This document shows positions 23,501-33,084 of a stretch of 64,000 bases of DNA, piece by piece. The DNA lies in contig KZ538375.1 of the NCBI GenBank assembly GCA_000934665.2, positions 1 through 64,000 of the forward strand. The letters are read 5' to 3'. Numbering within the stretch: position 1 is the stretch's first letter; every line of letters begins with the position of its first letter. The notes below the pieces were generated by a model. The model saw nothing but the letters and a program-made list of their open reading frames with translations. It was not told the DNA's origin and searched no databases. Made by a program: the position numbers and the translations under genes. Source of the stretch: Catajapyx aquilonaris (lineage: Eukaryota).

Positions 23501-26500
23501 CAGTTGATAATGAATGTCAAGTGCAAATGTGTTTGAATTTCTAGCTATGGTGCGCGCGCAACCGATGGTTACAAAATCTTATACACTGGCTGCATATTAT
23601 AGTTTTCTATTGCGGGAATAATTTCATAAAGTAAACTATGTCGAGGGTACAGCCGTACAGGAAGGATTAAACATAATATTCCAGCAATGAATCGGCATTC
23701 TATACTATACTGTGGCAGTGATGTGTATTTTATCAGCTTTATAGTGGCGTATACTCAGAGCAGCTGTCGTCGGTGGTTATTGCACTATCTTTTAACATCT
23801 TATATTTAGTGACGGATTACTCTATATGAATGTTGACCCACCCTGTAGGTACACATGAGTCTATTATTTCTGTCGATTAATACTGATGGATATACCGTTG
23901 AAAACTGAATCCATTAAATTTTACAGTCGCTCTACAGATTGTTTCATCACCGCAATTGTCGTTAATATGAATGAGCGCATGAGATAATTATTAAACCGAA
24001 TTGCATTCCGTATATAGTACAGTATACATGGGATGTGACAATACTAATAACATATGTGTGCCATTATGGTGATATTGAAGGTGAGAACACCACATGCAGT
24101 TTAAAGTGGCATTTCTTCTTTTCAGTTAGGCGCTTGGCGGCTGCAGATCTTGGTTACGAAGAAATCATGGTAAGTTTAGTCTGATCATTACGACGCGGGA
24201 TTATTTTTTATATCTCTTGTGTCGTGTTTAAACTTAACGTCAATGCTTACCCTGATAATCGTATAAACGTGTCTATTGCGCTCCGCTGACGTATATTGTA
24301 TTATAAATCTTCAGAGTGATTCAACAAGCTAAGGTTTGGAGTTATTTAATAATCTGGCAATGATTCAAGTAACTTATTTACTAGTAGGCTATGGCGTTAT
24401 CGTTTACAGTGTTTGCAGTTAGTGGGTTGCAGATTTCGTCAAAGATGCATTTTAACGGCCGAGTCACCAACATCAACGAGAAGCAAACGAGAGTAACTGA
24501 TAAACTTATTACGAGCCAAAAAGGTCGCTAATTGAAAAGGACATCCGTTTAAATAAATATTGTTTTCATAATTCAGTTATCGATCATTCATATATCTATA
24601 AGTTAGTTTGACAACTTTTCTTTTTGCATTGTTAAGCTGCTTGTGTCTTTTGAAATATGGGAAGTAAAGCTATTTTGTATACTGCTTTTCAAATATACCG
24701 GTAGATGAAGCCTTTTTGAGTTTGAGACAATAATTCTTTCTCTAAAAATTCGGTACTTCAAATTTTGAAAGTCGGTGGGGAACTCAGCCAACATGTATTA
24801 GGCTTACCAAAAAGAGGCTGCTTTCTTTTTGAAATCCCTTTAACATCAGAGCATGCCGCCTCAGATGTCGTGTAAATATTGCCAAGTTCATTCATCAATT
24901 ATTCAGTCTGTTACAGTCGATAGTTGTATCGTTCGCCTCAGGGCACATTACGGTAAATATACACATCGTACAGGCTGTACAATCATATACGATTCCGTAT
25001 GGGTATAACTTACTCTGCGTAGTTAGCGAAGGGTGTGGCGTATCATCTAACCGTTTAATTACCCTGCTGCCTGTACAAACGCACAAAGTCATCAAGGATA
25101 TATCAATCGTGACTCCTCGCGTGTACATACGCCTCATTGAACTGTACGCGATACAAACAACTGCGTCGTTTGGCCTGTCCCATCATATATAACGAAAAGA
25201 GAAATCAGCCATTTTGCATCCATGGTATGAATTTTCAGCATGTGGAAGAAAAAAGACGGAGCGCAACTCCGACTCTTTTACTTTTATTCCTGGGAGGGTA
25301 TATGGTGGTGCTGTCAAAGGGGAAATAAGGGCTCTTATCCCGAAGAGAGCTTCGGCCACAAGAAGCGCTCTCGCTTCCCTTCGCCTTAATTACCACGCCC
25401 TTCTTTTCCGGATTAATTTGCACCCCAACATCCCTCGGGGAGGCCCAATTCCCACCTGCCAGGTCGCTGCAAATGGAAGCTGCGGCGCAGACTCTAGATA
25501 TATACCGTCATCATTTTTCCTCCCAGAAAAATTGACCACAATCAGTTGTCTGCGGAGTGGCCAGCAGGGAGTTGGTCTGTACGCTTTTGGTGAATCAAAG
25601 ATTATTGTTATTAATAGAAGGGTGTATACGTAAACATTGTGAAAAGATAATCACGTTACCAAATGTAGTGAGTTTTCGTTGAATCTTCTTGAAGTAACAA
25701 TTTCATGCAGACAGTATTATTGCATTGGCATATAGAAAATAATATGCAGACTACAAAATTGTGGTTTATTCCTCTTTACCCAATAATACAGGGTTAATGT
25801 CACATTGTTTACGGAATTTATGCCATTCCCGGAGAGGGATTTTCATATTTGCTTTTAAAATTTCATTGTGAGGTTCATAATCTATATTCATTTCGGTGCT
25901 TCAATTGAAATGTTCGGTTCAGTTAGAGGTTTTTGGCGTTTTGCTCATTATGAAACTATTTTTGAAGTCAGTTAGGGCGTACTTTGAGTGGTTATATCAA
26001 AAGTTTTAGCTAATAATATTAGGCCGAATTGTATCATCTATCCGAGCTCTGAATGGCAGTGAATTTCCGATTGCCATCAAAATAATGTCAAGTATGGAGC
26101 CCACTTTTCAGGCGCCAAAACCCATTAAACCTATAAACTTAATATTAATAATGATTCATTTGATAACCACTGAAGTAGTTTCAAATGTAACTGATTAAAA
26201 TAAGTAGTTTAGTACAAAAATTCTCAACTAAAGCGGTCTTTTCAAGTATAGAATATAGGCTATACCAAAAAGAAAAAAAGTCTGTGTCAGTGTGGCAGAT
26301 TGTACAACATGTAATAATACACATAACTCACGACACTTATTCATCATTCTGTATAGTTGGTCAGAACTAGGAAAAACAGCAACAGATTGGCCACAAATGA
26401 ATATACGTATTACTGTCAGCTGATTCCGAAACATTTACTGATTTCTTTATTGGTTCTATGCAATAAATATGTCATATGTGGTCATGTCACAAAGGGAGAC

Positions 26501-29169
26501 ACTCCTCCAATGTAATTCTTATTGGATGTATTTATTGTACAGCGAGATTTGTTCACGCCGTTTTGGTTTTCTTTCTTTTGTTTTTAGCACGGGGTGGTTT
26601 TGGTCACAGCTTTCTGCATAATTATGCTACTTTCAGAAAGTTAAATATGCACAGGAATTAAGACAATAAGACGTCGAGATATGCAAATGCTACGATACCT
26701 CACATGTATTTTTTCACTTCCGAAATGCGCCTCTTTGTAATGGCATAACTTACGTAAGTAACGCTGTCTTGCATGTAATGATAGCTAGTCAACTGCTGCA
26801 ACAGGAGCATTGATATTTATCGTCAGGTTTATGACAGGTTGTGTGAAAGTTAAAATTTGTTATTCCACCTAGATCAAAATAATCTTGATGAAGAATTTAT
26901 TATTCGGTATAATATACGGTACTTTCTATACCCAATCACAGTGACAGTCTCATGGATATATATTACATAATATAAGCTTGTACAGTTATATACAGTAACT
27001 ATTCATGTTAGTTAACTTTGATGGTTAATTACTCTGGTCTAACATGGCCGTTGGTAAACTATTTCACGCTGATATATTATTATATAATGGATATAATTAT
27101 CAACGCAAGTAAGTGTAGTCCATAATACATTTTACAAGATGCGCTTTTTTATACATTACTATATTATAATATAGACCAATGATATATACCGATCAATTTT
27201 GGTCACTGGTTTGGTGAAGCACTTCAGACACACCAGAATTAGGAAAACAGTCACCACTCATAACAACAAACCATGTAAGAAGCCCGTATATTTTTTCTCT
27301 CCAATATCCTGGTGCTGGCATACAAGCGTTAGCAGATGAAAGGTTTTTTTTGGTCCCACACATTGATCATGCTTTGTGCTGGCGATTGTACAACGCCAGA
27401 GTTAGCCAAACCTTTTTTTTTTGACAGAGCCTATACAGATTTAAGTGTGCTGCAATTCCGCCGGAACAATTCTATGCCACTATACAATTGTCAGGCAAGT
27501 TTAAATCGCAACTTAATGCACAATTCACTGCAAATGTAGTTTTGCTGACCTTTTAGGTTTTCTGTGGTTTATTTTAATTTTAGAACTTTTTACTACCATT
27601 CTGATATGATATACCGATACTATACATACTGTGCAACTTCTGCTCGATCCGATATCGTAACATATCAGCCCCGTTATTCCGCTACCACACAAGACAAATA
27701 AGCGGCCCCCAAATAGCTATAATCACGATAGGTTTATAGATATAAGGTTAGGTTATTGCATTTGTTATTATTCGACTCAACCAACAAAGTTATCAGATAG
27801 AGCGAGGTATACAGGGGGACTTCATTCCGAATTATTGCCTTATCCGATGACGCCAATATAGCAGTTGCTGTGCACCACGAAGAGCCGGCGGAGGCCAGCA
27901 TCGGCTGAATAATTCAGAAAGTGAGCAAATCCCAAACTAAAGCTTGGAATCGGGGATATTAGATTCCAGAGGGACTCTCCGAATGAGATAAGGACGACGT
28001 GGCTTTCTTCCTCTCCCTCCAGATATTTCCTTCAAATCCCTCCGTCAAAAACTATCCGTAAACACGTCGGATAATCTTGTTTGAGGGCTGAGGAGGAGAA
28101 AAGAAGGGAGGAAGAAATACACTTCTTCACCGTGGAATCAATATAGGATATTATATACCGCATATAGAGTCTCTATGATAGATTAGGTTCGATGTGGCAT
28201 CCGATCCTCTTATCAAGTCGGAAAGAGCAATCTCTTTGGGGGAATCTCCCCAAAGGATTTCCGCCTTATATTTCGGCTGCCCAGTTTTTAATGCGATAAC
28301 TGCCCCCTTTTAAGTGATTTATTTATACACCTTAGTCATCAGGACTTATCGGATCTTTTGAGAACGGCAAGCAGGGATGTCTCAGGCCGCGGGTTGCGAC
28401 CCGCCTTTTACCCACTCCCCGGGCTGAAAATCCCATTAGTTTCCCTCGAAATCAACGCCTGTCCCGGTCTGCTGCTGCCGCCAGATGAATCGCCAATTTG
28501 ATTTCCTAATTAAGCTAATCACGCCCGAGTAATCCGGTTGCCGTCCTAAATACTGGATGATCTGCCAGGCATCTCGCGGATCTGAATCATCTTTCTCTCC
28601 GAGCAGTGGGAGATTCAGGCTGGATTTAAGCAGTAATTTTATGCGAAATTGCCTGCGATGCTAGTAAGAAATATGTTCCGTTCATCAATTATATGCAATT
28701 ATGCTGTTCTGGCGAATTTTATGTGAAATTGCTAGTTATTCGGGGGGTTCACTCGAATGTGCGGAGGTCACTCACCGTCCACTTTGCCCTTTGGTGTGAC
28801 GACCCGGAAAGCACTGCTGCCCACGCTGCCCATCATGAACGTGCCTGATCCGACCACCCCTCCACCACTTCCTGCCGCTCCTCCTCCTGCGCTGGTGGTC
28901 ACCACTCCTGAAGAAGGCGCCAAGCTCGAGTCCTTGAGAAGTCTGAGCAGGTTGAAACCCAACGATGCGGAAGCTGCGGCCGCAACAGCTGCTGAGCTGA
29001 CCGGCGGCTGCACCTGATGACCTGCTGGCCCCTGAGGCTGCAGGTGATGATGCTGCACCATATCCCCGCCGACCATCTCCGTGGAACTACTACCACTGCT
29101 GCTACTACTACTGCTCCGCTGGTGATGCTGGTGGTTCAGATGCTGGTGAGCCTTACTGGAGGCTTCCAT
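5133..29169 (-). CDS. sens-2: Gfi-1/Senseless-family six-C2H2 zinc-finger transcription factor, senseless-2-like; join(complement 29169-28776, 18233-17943, 16227-15954, 15499-14825, 11767-11586, 5521-5133), 2205 nt, 734 aa
   Basis: All five introns are GT-AG with matching phases (1,1,2,2,1). The fingers [106 protein letters not shown] and [22 protein letters not shown] are the Gfi-1 signature. The sens-2 assignment rests on recalled similarity of ZF1-3 ([15 protein letters not shown]) to insect Sens-2. Confidence 0.88.
6112..6331. mobile_element. Non-autonomous CACTG-ended (CMC/EnSpm-like) element containing a perfect hairpin
   Basis: Imperfect TIRs CACTGTAAT(TAT)TCACGTACCGA.../...TCGGTACATGAATTACAGTG, flanked by CA on both sides (possible 2-bp TSD). 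Internal perfect 39-bp inverted repeat 6243-6281/6286-6324. Confidence 0.6.
11586..11767 (-). CDS. sens-2: sens-2-like exon 5 (end of ZF2, ZF3, ZF4)
   Basis: ccctacag|G GCG GTT CAC ... CAT ACA G|gtgag; encodes [60 protein letters not shown]. Confidence 0.96.
14825..15499 (-). CDS. sens-2: sens-2-like exon 4 (Ser/Pro-rich region, poly-Ala, ZF1, start of ZF2)
   Basis: tttttccag|T GTG AGT ... CAA CAC CG|gtgagt; encodes [49 protein letters not shown]; phase 2 at both ends. Confidence 0.93.
15954..16227 (-). CDS. sens-2: sens-2-like exon 3 (Ser/Pro-rich)
   Basis: ttgctccgtgcag|GA ATC ACC ... TTC AG|gtaacg; open frame, phase 1 in and phase 2 out, matching both neighbours. Confidence 0.8.
17943..18233 (-). 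CDS. sens-2: sens-2-like exon 2 (Pro/Ala-rich)
   Basis: ttttttcag|GA GTT GTG ... AAG AAA G|gtcagc; 291 nt, phase 1-1, GC-rich coding-like sequence with a poly-Ala tract. Confidence 0.78.
20769..21116 (+). mobile_element. tRNA-derived SINE, full length, in sens-2 intron 1
   Basis: A-box-like TGGCGCTGCGG and B-box GGTTCGATCCC; 3' stem-loop (GTGCTT...AAGCAC) and AT/A tail; 14-bp TSD AATGATTGCCAGAA at 20755-20768 and 21117-21130. Confidence 0.82.
28776..29169 (-). CDS. sens-2: sens-2-like coding exon 1 (His/Ser/Gly/Ala-rich N-terminus, SAFRVVTPK)
   Basis: ATG at 29169 in ggcATGG context with an in-frame TGA upstream. Donor GAC G|gtgagt is phase 1, compatible with exon 2. Low-complexity composition typical of a transcription factor. 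Confidence 0.72.
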
Positions 29170-29314
29170 GCCAAAGAGGGAAGGTCATCACCGCACAGCA
29201 CGCTCATCCTCCTCCTCCTCCCTTCTGGTGTGTCATCGGTCGACCCACACGTGCATGTGTGGTGCGTGAGTTGAGTGGAGTGGATGAGAGTGAATTGAGT
29301 GAGTGTCGGTTGTG

Positions 29315-29348
29315 GGTCTGGCGCCTGCACCGCCGGAGCCCCGACTGA
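29315..29348 (-). promoter_or_regulatory. Candidate Inr+DPE core promoter of the sens-2-like gene (TSS ~29346)
   Basis: Minus-strand TCAGTC (29348-29343) matches the arthropod Inr. AGACC at 29319-29315 matches the DPE consensus RGWYV at exactly +28..+32. It lies 177 nt upstream of the ATG. Confidence 0.55.
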
Positions 29349-29799
29349 GCTGCGGTCAGCCGCTGATGGCTGATGGAAGATTATGGATCCGCCAGAGGGT
29401 GGGGGTGGAGAGAGCTGGGAGGGGTGGAGGGGTTGGGAAGGGTGGAGTGGGCGTGTACAGGGACGGGTGATTTGCTCCAGGGGGAGGAGTGCTGGGGAAA
29501 AATCCAACCCTTGTCGCAACAATGCATACTTAATATCTTGTGCTGGAAATTCAGGATGCACCAAAAGTCACTTTTATTGACCCCTCCCGCGAGACTTGAT
29601 TTGCGCCACCGGGCATGTCGAGCAGCGCAATTAGACTGGGTCGAGGCGGGTCGAGGCAAGGCAGTTATCATTAGAGGCATAAAGTAAGCTAAAGAGCAGG
29701 TTTGTGGGGCGCCACAGTTGCGCCAAAGTTAGAGCTCGCCAAGAGGGCAAAGATTTTCGCCGAGTCCGGCGGAACAAGGCAGAAGACGGAGGAGGCCTG

Positions 29800-29926
29800 G
29801 GATTGGCGCAGGAATGGGGGAGGCCGATTAGGCGGGAGAGCCCGTGATTGGCAGTGATTGGGGGACTGCGCCACGCCCACAGCCACCACTGGCGGCGCCG
29901 TTGCCTTGGCAGAACGGATGACGTCA
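29800..29926 (-). promoter_or_regulatory. Proximal promoter elements: three CCAAT boxes and a CRE
   Basis: GATTGG (CCAATC on minus) near 29801, 29846 and 29857; TGACGTCA at 29919-29926; GC-rich context about 0.5 kb upstream of the predicted TSS. Confidence 0.4.
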
Positions 29927-31015
29927 CTGCCACCCTCCTCCCCCCCTCCCTCCCTCCCTCCAAAAGCACACTGCTGGATACTACACAGCACTGGAGTCCG
30001 TTTGATTCCTGCATGTTGTGTGATGTAATCGTTCGCTGGTTGGGTTCAATTCGGAGCAGGCTGTTGGAAATCGACGGATCGTTGGCCCGGATCAACAATC
30101 ACACTCGACAGAAAGCACTTCTCGCCGAATTTTTTGGTTGGGTTTAAAGGGTGGATGAGCTGCAATTCCAGCATGTTGCGAAAATTCATAAAATCAACCA
30201 CTGTTTTTGCTCGGTAAAAATATACGTTGCGTGAATATTCGGAAACAGTCGTTGCGCTTTGGTCAACTCTGGTAACGATATTGGCCTGAATTTCGGCAAA
30301 TCCAATGCATAAAAGTTGCCCGCATATTCCATTTCAGTCTATGTGAAAAAAAACTGGCTCAATAGACTGCATATAATTATATCTGTACTGAATAATCAAG
30401 TGCGAAGATCGTTTACGAATAAAACATGCTTTTGCTGGTTCGAACTTTACATGTTTGGAAAGTCGGAAAGAGAATTCATGCATAAGTTCGTAATATCGCC
30501 GGTCATGCTTGCGCATATTAAAGAGTATATCGGTACAGTATTATACACTCTGTCGGATTTGTCCGTTCTTGTCTTAGTAAATTATTAAATGTGAATGTTA
30601 CTGTATTCCTATAATGTAGAATTACTAGTTTTTCTGGGTTTTTGCGTGCATGCCCATATAATTACAGTTTCCGTATGTATAGGAGTAAGTAACATTTTAC
30701 TGATTCTGCGTATTATTAACTCTTGTTATTTTCGAAGTTACTTTTAACTCTTACAATATTAGCTCCTATTATTATGTTGAATATGCCATTAATTTATTCA
30801 GGCCTTCAGTTTTGATTTCGATTATGTCCAACTGGATCACTGCATGGGCCAATTTTTAGGAATAAATCGACTCTCAAAGGATGCATTCATCATTCGGTAT
30901 AATATTAGCAGTTAGCATTTTTGATAGCCTATAAAAGTCGTTGATGAACAATAAGCAGCTTAGTGCGAAAAATCTATAATTACAACATCTACGGACTGTA
31001 ATTACGTATATTCTA

Positions 31016-31357
31016 CAGTAAAACTTCTATAAGTCGAACTTCCCTAAGTCGAAGATCTCTATAAGGTGAAGAAAATGATGAGCTTGGTTGGTCACAATAT
31101 AAAATAATAGCCTGAAATAAACTTTCCTAACTCGAATTTCTATGACTGGAAGTTCTCCATAACTCGAAGTGCTGCCTGGGCCTTACGATGGGATATCAAT
31201 GCATTTTCAGTCTCCCTCTAAGTCGAAGTTCATGTTGGCGAGTACGGAAAATTTTCTAATTTCCCAGTATTTTACATTGTGACCAACCAAGCTCATCATC
31301 TTCTGCGACTTATAGAGATCTTCTACTTAGGGAAGTTCGACTTATAGAAGTTTACTG
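31016..31357. mobile_element. Tc1/mariner-pogo (Tigger-like) MITE
   Basis: About 90-bp TIRs CAGTAAAACTTCTATAAGTCGAACTTCCCTAAG.../...CTTAGGGAAGTTCGACTTATAGAAGTTTACTG; TA on both flanks; internal reiterated TAAGTCGAA/TAACTCGAA motifs. Confidence 0.85.
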
Positions 31358-31847
31358 TATATAGCAACTGCTGTATTAGACCATCTGGGAATAATAAGAC
31401 ATCTGAATAGAGGCTTAACAAGCTACACAAAAATAATTGATTCGGGCAATATACTCAGCTATTAGCGGTAACTAATAACGACCCTGATACTTGGAACACC
31501 CTATTTCATAATGCAATAGACTATAGCTAAAGGCCAAAAACCCACGGCACCATTTATATTTTATGCTTTATTATATATAGCTAGGTTTACTCAATCAATA
31601 CTGTGTGAAGAATGACCCATTGGAAGAATAATTGCATCTCACATCAAGGATATAGCCCAGCATCACTTTGTGCAAGCCAGGACCCCCTTGCGTATTAAAC
31701 AAATAAAATAAAGTTATATACGCACATCGCCTATGCAGTAATAATAACATTATACGTGATGGAATGATTTTTACAAGGAAATCATACATTGCTGTAAAAA
31801 GGATGAAATACGAATCATATTTTCATTTTGAAGATATTGTGTATAGA

Positions 31848-31910
31848 TATTGAGGACCTCCTCCTCAATATCCGCTGGCAACCCCATATCTGTTTGGGAA
31901 ACGCCGTGAA

Positions 31911-31970
<60 letters not shown>
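31848..31970 (+). mobile_element. Short 5'-truncated retroposon end with a (GAT)20 tail
   Basis: (GAT)20 at 31911-31970 follows about 60 bp of unique sequence; flanked by TGTGTATAGA (31838-31847) and TGTGTACAGA (31970-31979), a 9/10 TSD-like repeat. Confidence 0.5.
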
Positions 31971-31971
<1 letters not shown>

Positions 31972-32180
31972 TGTACAGAACAAAAATGCAAAATATATTT
32001 TACCAGGCTGTGCCGTGTAAATGCAGTGCAGTGGTCCAAAATATACTTGTCCAACTAAAATGACTATATATAACTATTTGTTGGGATTAAGCTGCTTATT
32101 TCGTATCAGTTACTTTTGCACAGTCACTTTTATTGGTTATTATACCTGGTAAGTATTCGTAGTTGCTATACAACTGTATA

Positions 32181-32532
32181 CACTGTGTGCTATACTCCCT
32201 ATTATCCGGGATCTAATTACTGCACAGGTGTCGCTGGATAATCGGAAAACACTGATAATCTGAAAGTGGTCTTAATATATAGCCACCATAAAAATGAGCT
32301 ATTTACAGGTTTTAAATGTACGGTAACTTATACTACTGTACAGAGAATATGCTGCTTGGTTGAATCAAAATAATAAAATTTACCATATATTTTTACCTTT
32401 ATCTTCTTGAAAAAGTATGTTACATTATTTTCTTCGTTGGCGAGACAGTCATATTGACATTTTTTGGACTTTAATTTTATTTGTTGGCGATGCACGGATA
32501 ACCCGCTCCCTGATAGTCGGGAGTATACAGTG
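32181..32532. mobile_element. Degenerate Tigger/pogo-like MITE
   Basis: TA|CACTGT(GTGCT)ATACTCCCTATTATCCGGGA ... TCCCTGATAGTCGGGAGTATACAGTG|TA; imperfect TIRs with TA flanks. Confidence 0.55.
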
Positions 32533-32649
32533 TATTTGGTTGCGTGTATGCTATACCCATCCTTTTTAAAGACTCCAAGGAACGTGATGGCATGCACAAA
32601 GTGGGTTCCGTCAATGATGTGTGATGACAATATATAGTATTGTTACAAT

Positions 32650-32904
32650 TAGGGCGACACGGTGGCCGAGTGGTTAGCGCCGTAGTCTTCCACCTCTAAG
32701 GTCCCGAGTTCGATCCCCGGGTCGGACGGAGGATACTTATGTGGATAGAGTTTCGATGGGTTCTCTCCGTGTTCGCGTGGGTTTTCTCGGGGTTCTCCCG
32801 TTTCCTCCCACTATCAAAATCTATCACATTACAGGCAAATGATTAAAGTCGGTTATTCAAAAAATGATCCCCTAAGAGGCCCAAGGGGCCTATCACGGGG
32901 TATC

Positions 32905-32979
<75 letters not shown>
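32650..32979 (+). mobile_element. tRNA-derived SINE with V/Meta-type central domain and (TTA)n tail
   Basis: A-box TGGCCGAGTGG, B-box GTTCGATCC; core GTGGGTTTTCTCGGGGTTCTCCCGTTTCCTCCCAC; 3' stem-loop; (TTA)n tail ~32907-32979; perfect 19-bp TSD TATATAGTATTGTTACAAT at 32631-32649 and 32980-32998. Confidence 0.88.
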
Positions 32980-32985
<6 letters not shown>

Positions 32986-33084
32986 GTATTGTTACAATCT
33001 GTCATTCCCAGTCGGAAATCAGTACTTGGGAAATACTGTACTTTGAAATGCAGAGTTTTAAAGGACGATTCAGTTCCACATATA

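Noticed and set aside
31771..32058. Poly-His, poly-Met and poly-Ile ORFs
   Set aside because: They are translations of the (GAT)20 microsatellite.
32650..32725. Possible tRNA gene
   Set aside because: SINE head: followed by a conserved SINE body, a tail and a 19-bp TSD.
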